DNA from: Pyrolobus fumarii 1A
GTDB taxonomy: Archaea; Thermoproteota; Thermoprotei_A; Sulfolobales; Pyrodictiaceae
Length of the DNA: 32,000 nucleotides
Assembly (NCBI RefSeq): GCF_000223395.1
Contig: NC_015931.1
Coordinates: 480,001 to 512,000 of the forward strand
Direction of reading: 5' to 3'
Of this stretch, positions 1 through 8,101 are shown piece after piece. Both the position numbers and the translations under genes were made by a program. Numbering within the stretch: the first letter of the stretch is position 1; each line of letters begins with the position of its first letter. Under the pieces are notes generated by a model. It was given only the letters and a program-made list of their open reading frames with translations, had not been told where the DNA came from and did not search any database.

Positions 1-541
1 CTTTCCTAGGCTTAGGTGTCCTCCCGGCTTGCTCATTCTGGTTCGCCTCGGATGCATAGCCTCTCGCGTAGAAGTAGCGCAGAGGATTTGTAATCACACG
101 ATCCTGCGCCGCTCTCGTCCTCTTGCCCATTATGAACCCCCCAGCCTTCCAAACACAGTTTTGGCTACTCTCGTCGTAGCTTAGCGTAATATTATCCCAG
201 GATGAGGATGTTAGACTACTTGCATTCATCCCCCACATAGAGGGCGTGCTTGTGTCAATGTTACACCCTTGATTGCACGTTATTTCGATGTACTCGGCTT
301 TAGCCGAGGAGTTGTAACCGTGCTCGATTCTACAGTCGCACTTTACACTTGTCTTCACGCATCTTCTAAGATCCTCAGAGTTCGCAATGTACCATGTGAT
401 TGCCGCTAGTGTGAAAGCGAGTGATCTCGCTAAAAGTGCCTCCGGCGGCGGGACGAAGATGCGAGCCGTGTTAGACGGTGTAGATGGAGCTTTTGCCGCT
501 CGTCTCGACCCGGTTGCACGCTTAACCCGCTTCTTTGCCAT
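1..541 (-). CDS. Partial ORF (N-terminal ~180 aa, continues past the left edge). Cys-rich and unassigned. It sits downstream of cas5a, where cas3'/cas8a would be expected.
   Basis: Hand translation of the minus strand: ATG at 541-539 (MAKKRVKRATGSRRAAK...), upstream in-frame stop at 565-563, frame open to base 1. Overlaps the cas5a 3' end by 20 nt. No Walker A in the visible part. Cys clusters CVKTSVKCDC and ITCNQGC. Absent from the ORF track because it has no stop in the window. Confidence 0.5.
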   Translation of the reverse strand, partial: MAKKRVKRATGSRRAAKAPSTPSNTARIFVPPPEALLARSLAFTLAAITWYIANSEDLRRCVKTSVKCDCRIEHGYNSSAKAEYIEITCNQGCNIDTSTPSMWGMNASSLTSSSWDNITLSYDESSQNCVWKAGGFIMGKRTRAAQDRVITNPLRYFYARGYASEANQNEQAGRTPKPRK

Positions 542-1451
542 GGTCCCGCACCCTGGGTATGACTATACGCGTATGCACGAGTATATACTCTATTGTAGGT
601 TCACGCTTAGAGGGAAAAACAGAGTTTAAACTCTCAACGCGATACACGCCACACTTATCCGTGTTGATTTTTACGCGCACCCAACCCGGGTATCTGGGGT
701 GTATCGCTTCGCGTAGCACATTGAATCTGGTTAAGCTTGGGTTTAGCTTACTGCAGGGTTCAGCCGAGTAGCTGCATATAAGCTCGTCCGCGTCGCGTGG
801 TACAGGCGTCTTCTCGGCCACATAGTTTCCGTAAACATTTCCAACGCATTCTCTCAACGTGAGCCAGGGTGTCACAATCTCGTTGACACCATGCTCCTCT
901 ACAAGTTGAGCCTCAAACACGGCCAGGGGATCGACAAACGACTCTTTACCGCCAAGCCGCGAGACATGCTGCAGACCCGTCTTGAGCGCGTCTATGTCCC
1001 CGTCTTCGGATGCAACCAGTACCATTACCCTACCGTGGGGTGAAATCGTGTACCCTAGCTTTATTGGCGCAAAGAGCTCGTGGACGGCGAGTTTCTGCGG
1101 GAGGTCTTCACGCCTAGTTTTGAGCGACTGATACGGGCCTGTGAAGTAGCGTATGAGTATACCGGTTCTAATGGAGGGTGAGAGCCAGGCTGCCGAAACC
1201 CACCATCTCCTACCGAGGATCTTTATTATGGATGCAGCGCCGCTAGTTAAGATCGACCCGGAGCCGATACTCGTAATTATGAACTCGCGTGTACCCAGCA
1301 ACCCGAGGTCGTGGAGGGTCTTGGCTAGCGCCCCTAGAATTGTGGTTGGCGGGGGGAGTAGGTATGAAGGTTGAGATGCGCTTCCGAACCACGCTCGGCT
1401 CGACAACCCCCAGTGGACGCGGTATACCGCAATAGCAGCTCGGAGTACCAA
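522..1451 (-). CDS. cas5a: Cas5a (type I-A Cascade RAMP subunit)
   Basis: N-terminus ...VHWGLSS...SYLLPPPTTILGALAK matches the Cas5 hallmark (HWGFS...LPPPTTLIGAL in Sulfolobus Cas5a). It lies directly downstream of cas7/csa2, as in type I-A operons. Confidence 0.85.
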   Translation of the reverse strand: MVLRAAIAVYRVHWGLSSRAWFGSASQPSYLLPPPTTILGALAKTLHDLGLLGTREFIITSIGSGSILTSGAASIIKILGRRWWVSAAWLSPSIRTGILIRYFTGPYQSLKTRREDLPQKLAVHELFAPIKLGYTISPHGRVMVLVASEDGDIDALKTGLQHVSRLGGKESFVDPLAVFEAQLVEEHGVNEIVTPWLTLRECVGNVYGNYVAEKTPVPRDADELICSYSAEPCSKLNPSLTRFNVLREAIHPRYPGWVRVKINTDKCGVYRVESLNSVFPSKREPTIEYILVHTRIVIPRVRDHGKEAG

Positions 1452-1458
1452 GACGTTT

Positions 1459-2715
1459 TCACCTGGCGGTGCACTGCAAGCCTACATTGTCTCGAATCCT
1501 CCCGATCAAGTCGGGTATGGTGTTCGTTATCTCAACACCTGGTAGCCTGCCTATCAGCTGCCTGAGCCTCTCGGCGTAGTTGCTGCCTAGGGCTGCCGTG
1601 ACATATGCTACGAGCTTCACGTCAACATTGAGCTTCTTGTAGTCGTCTAGCTTCCTCTTAAGTTCCTCCACAAGGTTCTCGAGGGGTAGTGTCGCTGGGG
1701 GTAGCGGCACCGGCCTGTCGCTCAAAACTGCTATGACAAGCTCGGTGACGTTATGCGGCCTGTACCTTGACCTCTTGGCTCCAAAATCGCCTTCGAGCAA
1801 CGGCCTAAGTGCATCCAGAGCAACGCACCTTCTCAATGTCAGCGTGCACTCTTTGTCCTCCACGCACCCCCCTGCTATGCTATAGCTCCCCACGCAACAG
1901 AGGTCAAGCTCGATGTTGCCGCCGTAGAGCACCGACCCGACCTGCACGTAGTATGGGACCTGGATGGCCTCCTCGTAGCCAGGTAGCCTCAACGACTGTG
2001 CCTTTAACGCGCCCCTAACGTGCATCTGGTGGTCAAGCTGCGTCGCCTCGATAGCGTCGAGCGTTGGTATGAGATAAGAGAAGCGTATGCAGCTAGTCCT
2101 CCTCGTGGGTCCCTGAGTGACCAGGAAACCCCCAATATCCTCCACGAGGCTATTGTCAACAATCCGCTTCTCAATATCCTGTAGGTCGCTGAGCGAGAAC
2201 CCCTCTCTCCTACCAGCATAGCGATTAGCGAGGTCACACTCCCAGCCTCTGGGCTTAGGTGCCTTGCCCTGCTCAGCCTGTTGGCACTGCTTCTGGTAGA
2301 AGCCCAGATCCCAGTGTTTGAGTAGCTCACCTTGCTCGCTCCAGTAGTCTATCCTACTGCTGCACTCGGTGTACTTTGTCTTTGCCAGCTCGACTATCTC
2401 CATCTGGTAACGGTGTGCTAGAGATTCTCCACTGACTGCAGGTACCCACCTGACCACATATTGTCCTGGAGCCCTCGGGACTATGACGGGGACAGTCCTC
2501 CTCCTCGTCACGTTCCCCACGCTTTCAACCATGTTGAGGGCGTCGACGTTCACTAGCAACCTGTAGACAATCTGAATCCACCTCAACTTGATGTTGCAAC
2601 ATGCACTTCTCTCCTCCCGGTCGTTACCAGTCTCCATACTAGACCCTCCGCCCGCCCCACCACCCTCAAGCTTCTTGAGAAGCTTCTGAAGCTCGGTCTT
2701 CTTGTTCACAGTCAC
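1459..2715 (-). CDS. cas7: Cas7 / Csa2 (type I-A Cascade backbone subunit). The start may instead be the internal ATG at 2637.
   Basis: LLVNVDALNMVESVGNVTRRRT, VSGESLAHRYQ, RRTSCIRFSYLIPTL and GDFGAKRSRYRP align with conserved Csa2 blocks that I recall from Sulfolobus Csa2 (VSGEALAHAYQ, RRTSRIKLGYMIPAL, GNFGGKRSRFLP). The N-terminus has an unusual Gly-rich linker (GGGAGGGSS). Confidence 0.9.
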   Translation of the reverse strand: MTVNKKTELQKLLKKLEGGGAGGGSSMETGNDREERSACCNIKLRWIQIVYRLLVNVDALNMVESVGNVTRRRTVPVIVPRAPGQYVVRWVPAVSGESLAHRYQMEIVELAKTKYTECSSRIDYWSEQGELLKHWDLGFYQKQCQQAEQGKAPKPRGWECDLANRYAGRREGFSLSDLQDIEKRIVDNSLVEDIGGFLVTQGPTRRTSCIRFSYLIPTLDAIEATQLDHQMHVRGALKAQSLRLPGYEEAIQVPYYVQVGSVLYGGNIELDLCCVGSYSIAGGCVEDKECTLTLRRCVALDALRPLLEGDFGAKRSRYRPHNVTELVIAVLSDRPVPLPPATLPLENLVEELKRKLDDYKKLNVDVKLVAYVTAALGSNYAERLRQLIGRLPGVEITNTIPDLIGRIRDNVGLQCTAR

Positions 2716-2721
2716 GCCCCA

Positions 2722-3084
2722 TCACCTCCCACCAGCAAGAGCTTTCACAGCAAGCTCGTGGGCGAGACGCAAAGCGTGTTCAACGCACTCTGACCTCCTG
2801 GCGTCGCTAGCAATCGCCTCGACAATCTCGACTAGGCTGTCCCACTCGTCACGCCTCCTCTCCTCAACATTCTCAATGACGCTCCTCACGCCCCTCTCAA
2901 CCTCGAACAGTGCCACCAGGAGAGAGTCTGGGCCAGAAGCCAAACCAAGCTTGTCAACAGGACCGTACCTGGCCTCCTTCACGAAAGCCTCGTGGAGAAG
3001 ACGAGCCGCCTTAGACACTCTGAAGGAGTCGACACGGGCAGATCTACACTCTTGACCCTCAACGAGGGACATGGCCATCCACAA
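2722..3084 (-). CDS. csa5: Csa5-like small subunit (Cas11 equivalent of type I-A). Likely start is ATG at 3078 or 3072.
   Basis: ~115-120 aa helical protein, first gene of the csa5-cas7-cas5a order, 6 nt upstream of cas7. The call is by position and size, not by a sequence motif. Confidence 0.55.
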   Translation of the reverse strand: MWMAMSLVEGQECRSARVDSFRVSKAARLLHEAFVKEARYGPVDKLGLASGPDSLLVALFEVERGVRSVIENVEERRRDEWDSLVEIVEAIASDARRSECVEHALRLAHELAVKALAGGR

Positions 3085-3102
3085 GTATGTGCTTATCGCA
3101 AG

Positions 3103-3110
3103 GTAAAAAC
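3103..3110 (-). promoter_or_regulatory. TATA-like box upstream of the csa5-cas7-cas5a operon
   Basis: Minus strand reads CGTTTTTACC about 25-30 nt upstream of the candidate csa5 start codons (3084/3078). The spacing fits an archaeal promoter for a (near-)leaderless transcript. Confidence 0.3.
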
Positions 3111-3567
3111 GTTAACCAGTCAAATATTTTCTAGCGCATATACACTTGCTGGCATACAACGAGCATACAAGACCGAGAGGGAGCATAAAACATCAATATG
3201 TATCGTCAAGGGTAGTTAGCATACGTACTAAGTGTCGCACTACATGTAACGATTGTAGCGATTGAAGTTATACTAACACCTGGCACTAGGGTTAGTAGGC
3301 TCTCACGCCGCAGCCACTTACAAGATGTTCAAAGCTGCTACCGTACAACCACGTTACGCCAATTACTATGACCGCGGAGGGTGACTGATATGCGCTTAGA
3401 GCCAGCATCAGGCTATACTAACTATCGTGAAGTGTTCGCCGTGGCTAGTGAACAGCGGAACCGGTAAAATTGGAATGCAGTGCGGCATCGCTGATTGCCT
3501 AGGCCTGATGGAGGATCCCGTATCTCTCGCCGTATTTATCATACTCTGTCAAGCCTCTCAAATCCGG

Positions 3568-3578
3568 TATAATTTATT
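3568..3578 (+). promoter_or_regulatory. TATA-like box upstream of the first HEPN-MNT pair
   Basis: TATAATTTATT lies ~40 nt upstream of the GTG start at 3616. A GGGTG Shine-Dalgarno-like element sits just before the start. Confidence 0.3.
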
Positions 3579-3615
3579 GGTATCCATAGCCAGTGTAGAT
3601 GCGCGATAGTAGTGG

Positions 3616-4041
3616 GTGTTGCTTGTGAGTGGCGAGTATGTGTTGGTGCTTAGGAGGAGGGCGTTGGGGTTTCTTGAGGAGGCGCGGGAGGCTAGGGATC
3701 CGGATCTGGCCGTCTTCTTTGCCGAGCAGGCGATGCAGCTCTACATCAAGTCGGTTCTCTACGAGTTGTTCGGGGAGCGTGTGAGGGGGCATGGGTTGCG
3801 TGAGCTTCTCGGGCTTCTGGCGCGGCTGCTCGAGGAGGCGGGGTACGGGAGGGAGGCTGAGGCTGTGAGGAGCTTCGTGGCTAAGCACCGTGGGCTGCTC
3901 ATAGAGGCTGAGGAGGCTTACACCCTCGCCAGGTACGGTGAAGTCGGGTACAGTGAGGCCGACGCGGCGAGGATGACCAGTCTCGCGGAGAGTCTCATCC
4001 GGATGCTCGAGGGGGTCGCCAAGCGTGTCAAGATGGGTTAG
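3616..4041 (+). CDS. HEPN domain protein (HEPN-MNT module, pair 1)
   Basis: ~140 aa helical protein with FFAEQAMQLYIKSVL...RGHGLRELL, which matches the HEPN-family pattern. Its 3' end overlaps the downstream nucleotidyltransferase gene by 17 nt. Confidence 0.75.
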   Translation: MLLVSGEYVLVLRRRALGFLEEAREARDPDLAVFFAEQAMQLYIKSVLYELFGERVRGHGLRELLGLLARLLEEAGYGREAEAVRSFVAKHRGLLIEAEEAYTLARYGEVGYSEADAARMTSLAESLIRMLEGVAKRVKMG

Positions 4042-4354
4042 GTATCATTTCCAGCACCTGCGCCGCTGGAGAGAGTACGCCGAGAAGGTTGCGAGGGCTG
4101 CGGCGGAGCTCGTGCCCGGCGCCAGGGTCTACGTTGTAGGCGGTGTGGCGGAGGGGCGCATAACAGTACTGAGCGACATAGACATCCTCGTGGTGGTTCC
4201 TCGGGGGGCTAAACGCCGCGGCCTCGCACGCGACATACTCCTAAAGGCTATCGACGAGCACGGCCTACCGTGGGATGCGCCCGTAGAGCTGCACGTGGTA
4301 GAGGAGGGCGAGGAGGGCGAGTACACGCGGCGTCCACACATACGCCTACACTAG
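4025..4354 (+). CDS. Minimal nucleotidyltransferase (MNT, pair 1)
   Basis: VYVVGGVAEGRITVLSDIDILVV matches the GS/GG-x-A-x-G...SDxD polymerase-beta-type NTase motif. ~109 aa. Confidence 0.8.
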   Translation: MSRWVRYHFQHLRRWREYAEKVARAAAELVPGARVYVVGGVAEGRITVLSDIDILVVVPRGAKRRGLARDILLKAIDEHGLPWDAPVELHVVEEGEEGEYTRRPHIRLH

Positions 4355-4495
4355 CTGGCCGGGGGTGCCAACAGGGATGTCTCTAGCGGCTCGCTCTCAC
4401 TACAGAGTTGGGGAGCGTTGCGGTTTTGAGTAGGCCGCTAGGGGGTGGATATACTGCGAGCCCCACTCTGGCTGCGCCGTTGCGTGTGGCGGGCG

Positions 4496-4855
4496 CTAGT
4501 GGTCCAGGGGTATCATCCTCTTGGCATGCCTCTTGTAGCGTTCGAACCCCTTTGGGCCGACAACGTGGAGGTCTACGGGGTAGTGGAGTGGGAGGCCCTC
4601 GTCGAACGCCGTGAGTAGTATCCTCGTCTTCGCTTCTAGCCTCTCGCGTGGGTCCGGGTCACGCGGCAGCACCACGAGTATGTCTAGGTCGCTTGTTGCG
4701 GTGAAGGTGCCCTCGGCTACACTCCCTATGAGGTAGACTCTAGCGTCGGGGTAGAGGCGCTTGGCTGCCCTCGCTACTATCCTCGCAGCTTCTCTCCAAG
4801 TGTCACGCAGCTCGTAGAACCACTTGGCCATCAGCACATCGATCTTGTCTACCAT
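4496..4855 (-). CDS. Minimal nucleotidyltransferase (MNT, pair 2)
   Basis: VYLIGSVAEGTFTATSDLDILVVLP motif. 119 aa. Lies 4 nt downstream of a HEPN gene. Confidence 0.8.
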   Translation of the reverse strand: MVDKIDVLMAKWFYELRDTWREAARIVARAAKRLYPDARVYLIGSVAEGTFTATSDLDILVVLPRDPDPRERLEAKTRILLTAFDEGLPLHYPVDLHVVGPKGFERYKRHAKRMIPLDH

Positions 4856-4859
4856 GGTA

Positions 4860-5270
4860 TCACCTCGTTAGCCTCTCGAGTAGCGCGATAACCCGTTTTG
4901 CCAGGTTGACCCCTCTCTCGGCGTCAGTGCGGGTATACCCCGGCACCTGGTACCGCCCCTGCACGTAGGCATCCTCGAGCAGGATCAGCCCCTCCCGGTT
5001 GTCAGTCACGAAGCCCCGTATGCTGTTGGCCTCTTCCCGCCTACCAGCCTCCTCGAGCACGGACGCGAGGTAGCCTAGGAGCCTGCGCAGGTTATGCCCT
5101 CGGGGCACGCCGCCCAGCAGCCGGGCATACACGGCTTTGACGGCCAGCTGCGCAGCCTGCTCAGCCATCACAAGCGCCACGTCGTACTCTCCCTCTGAGA
5201 GGAGGTGCTCGGCCTCCCGGAGGTACACCAGGGCACGCCTCCACAGGGTCCTCGCCAGCTCGCCGCTCAC
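4860..5270 (-). CDS. HEPN domain protein (pair 2). The ORF is open up to 5462, but the start is probably the GTG at 5270.
   Basis: VALVMAEQAAQLAVKAVYARLLGGVPRGHNLRRLL is paralogous to the 3616-4041 protein. The upstream extension is low-complexity and overlaps the neighbouring gene. Confidence 0.7.
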   Translation of the reverse strand: MSGELARTLWRRALVYLREAEHLLSEGEYDVALVMAEQAAQLAVKAVYARLLGGVPRGHNLRRLLGYLASVLEEAGRREEANSIRGFVTDNREGLILLEDAYVQGRYQVPGYTRTDAERGVNLAKRVIALLERLTR

Positions 5271-5412
5271 CCGGGGGACCCCACTAGCAGGGGCCGCGTG
5301 AGAGGCTACTATGGGGCTTACAGCCGGGCACATCCCCGGGCGCACGGGCGAGAAGGGCGCGGCCAGAACCGTCGGTGTTGAAAACGCCTCGTGTAGACCC
5401 AGAAGCCGAGAG

Positions 5413-5979
5413 CTAGGGCAGTAGTTTCTCGCCCATCTTGCCCACCCTACAGGTTTCCTCAATAGCCTTGATGAACGTCTCTACGCGTCGCACATCCGTG
5501 CATATGAAGAGTTTCAACCCGTCGGCCTCAATGTAGAGGCCCGTGTCGCACCTCCCGTCTATGAGCGCGTAGTAGCGTGTACCGTTTCGCGCCCTGAAGA
5601 GGCCAAACGCGGCTGTGAGCTCGGCCCCGCACACCCGGGCCGCGGGCCACAGTGGGTCGCCCCGCCCCACCCGCACGACCCTACAGCCGCCCCTCACGAT
5701 GGCCTCGCGCACCCTCAGGCAACTCACGTACCTCGCGTGGACTAGCCCATCCAACACCTCGACTCCCAACCACTCGGCCCTCCGGAGGTACCACGCGTAG
5801 CCAACAAGCAACACCTGGATTGCCACCAGGAGGACGAGTACAAGGATCAGGGCGAGATCCGGGCCTCCGAGCACGAGGAGCAGGAGGAGGACCGGCGTGA
5901 CGATAAGCAGGGTTATGCCAGCGATCTGCAAGACCATACCCGAGTAGATATGCGCGTCGATGCGCAGCGAGGCACGCAT
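5413..5979 (-). CDS. Membrane protein, two N-terminal TM helices plus a C-terminal beta-rich (PH-like?) domain. Start is probably internal (5979 or 5937).
   Basis: Hydrophobic stretch LQIAGITLLIVTPVLLLLLVLGG...LILVLVLLVAIQVLLVGYAWY, followed by a soluble ~110-aa domain. No family motif recognised. Confidence 0.5.
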   Translation of the reverse strand: MRASLRIDAHIYSGMVLQIAGITLLIVTPVLLLLLVLGGPDLALILVLVLLVAIQVLLVGYAWYLRRAEWLGVEVLDGLVHARYVSCLRVREAIVRGGCRVVRVGRGDPLWPAARVCGAELTAAFGLFRARNGTRYYALIDGRCDTGLYIEADGLKLFICTDVRRVETFIKAIEETCRVGKMGEKLLP

Positions 5980-6110
5980 GCCACGCGGCACCCCGATAAT
6001 GATTGACGGTTGTTGGCTCCCTTCGGGTCTATGTTGTCTAGTCCTAGCGTTATAACGCGACCTTGGAGAGTGTCGCCCGAAACCCGGTAATATTGTACCC
6101 ATATTGACGT

Positions 6111-6704
6111 GTGATTGCTAGGTATTGGCGCCGGTGGGCTACCGTGAGCTATTTGTATGCTTTCCGCTTGTCTAGCTCCGAGCTTGTGAGTCTGGGTGTC
6201 TCTGCGCTTGCGTGGCCCCTGTTCATCATCGCCACGGGCTTTGTAGCTGCACTGGCGCTTGTCATTATCGCGCGTCAGTGTGGTGGCGTGGGGTGCGCGC
6301 TGCGCTCGCCGTTCTTCTGGCTGGTTGTCGTGCTTGGCGTTATCCTCCCGGCTGTGGTGATGGTCTTCGACATTGTGACTACGAGGGCCGAGTACGTGGT
6401 AACCGGTAACTGCACGCTGGTAGTGGACACCAGCTTCGGTAGTGTACGCGTGTCTCTCCCCAACGCGACTGTGACTCTCACCGGCGACCCGGGCATCAAG
6501 CTGCGCAAGCATGGGATCGGGGTGCCCGGGTTGCTAGTCGGCCGTGTGGAGTTGAGCGACGGCTCGGAGGCGCTGGCCATAGTCTATCGGCCGCCCGGCC
6601 ACTACCTGGTCGTGAAGAGCGACGGGGAAACGGTCATACTCTCGCACCCGGGTATCGAGGAGGTCTACGAGAAGATCATGAGCGCCTGCCGTGCGACACG
6701 CTAA
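6111..6704 (+). CDS. Membrane protein, 2-3 TM helices plus a C-terminal beta-rich (PH-like?) domain
   Basis: TM segments (ALAWPLFIIATGFVAALALVIIA; FFWLVVVLGVILPAVVMVF), then a beta-strand-like domain. Same architecture as the divergent neighbour. Confidence 0.55.
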   Translation: MIARYWRRWATVSYLYAFRLSSSELVSLGVSALAWPLFIIATGFVAALALVIIARQCGGVGCALRSPFFWLVVVLGVILPAVVMVFDIVTTRAEYVVTGNCTLVVDTSFGSVRVSLPNATVTLTGDPGIKLRKHGIGVPGLLVGRVELSDGSEALAIVYRPPGHYLVVKSDGETVILSHPGIEEVYEKIMSACRATR

Positions 6705-6852
6705 CGTAGTGCGGGGTACGCCCGCCGCGGCTTAACACGAGCTTGGACACACGCCTAGGGGGCCCCTCCCAGGCACATGGTTCGAAACCGGCGCCGCGTC
6801 AGAGGGTCAGCGTGGAGCCCACCCCCATGGGGTATGGCGCGCTATCCCCGTG

Positions 6853-6901
6853 TGCAGCGCTGCATAGAGGTGCAGTAACCCATCGTAACGTACATATGTA
6901 C
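6853..6901. promoter_or_regulatory. Two perfect 12-bp palindromes upstream of the CARF gene (candidate operator / TATA region)
   Basis: TGCAGCGCTGCA at 6853-6864 and GTACATATGTAC at 6890-6901. The second ends 33 nt before the TTG start at 6934. Confidence 0.25.
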
Positions 6902-6933
6902 CTCTGGGCGTGTGTAAGGACAGGTTGTAGGGC

Positions 6934-7665
6934 TTGGCTCGTGAGAAGTCAGTTGTTCTTGTTGTCACGCAGGGTACTAGCCCGGGTGTCGCCGCCGAGG
7001 CGTACCACAATATCGTCACGGGGAGGGCGGTAGACTATGATAACGGCGTGCTACGTGGGAGAGTCGAGAGCGTCGTGATAGTGGCTACTAGTGGCTCCAT
7101 GGCGGTGTTGGCTGCCAGGGCAGCCGCGGCTATACTCACATGCTGCATGGGCCTCGATCCTAACAGGGTCAGGCTCGTGTTCGCGCCCTGCAGTGACGTC
7201 ACGGATGCAGCCTCGTACGGCGCCTACTACGACGCTGTCTACGAGACCCTGGAGTCCGTGCTGGAAGAGTCGAAGGACAGCATCGTGGTTCTCGACGTGA
7301 CCGGTGGCCGCGTGGGCATGGCCATAGCCGCCTTCGAGGCGGTCAACGCCATGCTTACCAGGGATAGGGTGAGGGTGACGACAACCCAGGTGCCGCCAGA
7401 GAAGTACCGGGCGGTGCAAGAAGCGTTCAACGAGATGAAGGGTAGGCTCGAGGAGGCGCTCGCAAGGTTCGAGGAGAGAGTGAAGACGGGCGACGCCAAG
7501 AGAGCATGCGAGGAGCTACTCGAGGAGACACGCAGCGACAAAAACAGCCTATGCAGCCTAGTGACACGCGAGGCGATCACAGCAGCCATATGGCCGAGAC
7601 CGCCAGCACCCCCCAGGAGGAGGAAGAGAGGCGGGACTCACCCCCAACGCGATCAGAGCAGGTAA
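6934..7665 (+). CDS. CARF-domain protein (CRISPR-associated Rossmann fold) with a short helical C-terminus and no recognisable effector domain
   Basis: VVLVVTQGTSPGVAAEA and VVLDVTGGRVGMAIAAFEA match the two CARF signature blocks (compare HTLGTSPEA and LDLTSGTKAMS in Csm6). The C-terminal ~25 aa are low-complexity (PPAPPRRRKRGG) and may be a read-through tail. Confidence 0.7.
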   Translation: MAREKSVVLVVTQGTSPGVAAEAYHNIVTGRAVDYDNGVLRGRVESVVIVATSGSMAVLAARAAAAILTCCMGLDPNRVRLVFAPCSDVTDAASYGAYYDAVYETLESVLEESKDSIVVLDVTGGRVGMAIAAFEAVNAMLTRDRVRVTTTQVPPEKYRAVQEAFNEMKGRLEEALARFEERVKTGDAKRACEELLEETRSDKNSLCSLVTREAITAAIWPRPPAPPRRRKRGGTHPQRDQSR

Positions 7666-8062
7666 CAGCCTCGTGCTTACTCCGAGGTTCTTCCCTCTCG
7701 GGCCCCAAGCCACCACAATCATACACACGCTTGTCGCGGTCCTCTAGACTACCCCAGTATTTCCAGCCGCGGAGGTAGGCTGCTACGGTCTCCTCCGGCG
7801 ACTCTATGTAGTCGATGCCCTCCGGGGTCTCCAGCTCCACGAGCCTCCAAGCCTCCCCGGCGTCCAACAACGCCAAGCCTAACCGGGTCACGCGGCTTAG
7901 CCCACCGTACAAGTTGCACTCCACAGCCTCACGCTCATCCAGGCTCGGGGCGGCGGAAGCCCCTACCCCCTCCCACACCCTCCTAAGCTCCTCTAGCCTC
8001 AACCTCCTCACACCCAACCGCATGCACCCCGAGACACACCCGCCCATACTACACCCATGCAC
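7577..8062 (-). CDS. Hypothetical protein (start possibly the ATG at 8023)
   Basis: ORF only. Convergent with the CARF gene, and the two 3' ends overlap by 89 nt. The C-terminal third looks non-globular. Confidence 0.3.
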   Translation of the reverse strand: MHGCSMGGCVSGCMRLGVRRLRLEELRRVWEGVGASAAPSLDEREAVECNLYGGLSRVTRLGLALLDAGEAWRLVELETPEGIDYIESPEETVAAYLRGWKYWGSLEDRDKRVYDCGGLGPEREEPRSKHEAVTCSDRVGGESRLSSSSWGVLAVSAIWLL

Positions 8063-8101
8063 ACGGCAAAAACATGTTTACACAAAACACCCAACCAGAG
8101 C

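Noticed and set aside
2591-2602. ATGTTGCAACAT palindrome inside cas7, which resembles the 17-kb repeat motif
   Set aside because: It shares only the ATGTTGCAA core, lacks the ACCATGG part, and sits inside a conserved coding region. It is most likely coincidental.
5913-6580. Minus-strand ORFs 5913-6512 and 6275-6580, and plus-strand 6212-6409, all overlapping 6111-6704
   Set aside because: The products look non-protein-like (His/Arg/Gln/Thr-rich). The plus-strand 6111-6704 frame gives clean TM helices and a folded-looking domain.
6727-6800. tRNA-like T-arm string GGTTCGAAACCGG (6778-6790) in the intergenic region upstream of the CARF gene
   Set aside because: I could not fold a cloverleaf around it. 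There is no matching acceptor stem and no D-arm. A tRNA 3' fragment or att remnant cannot be excluded, but the sequence does not support it.
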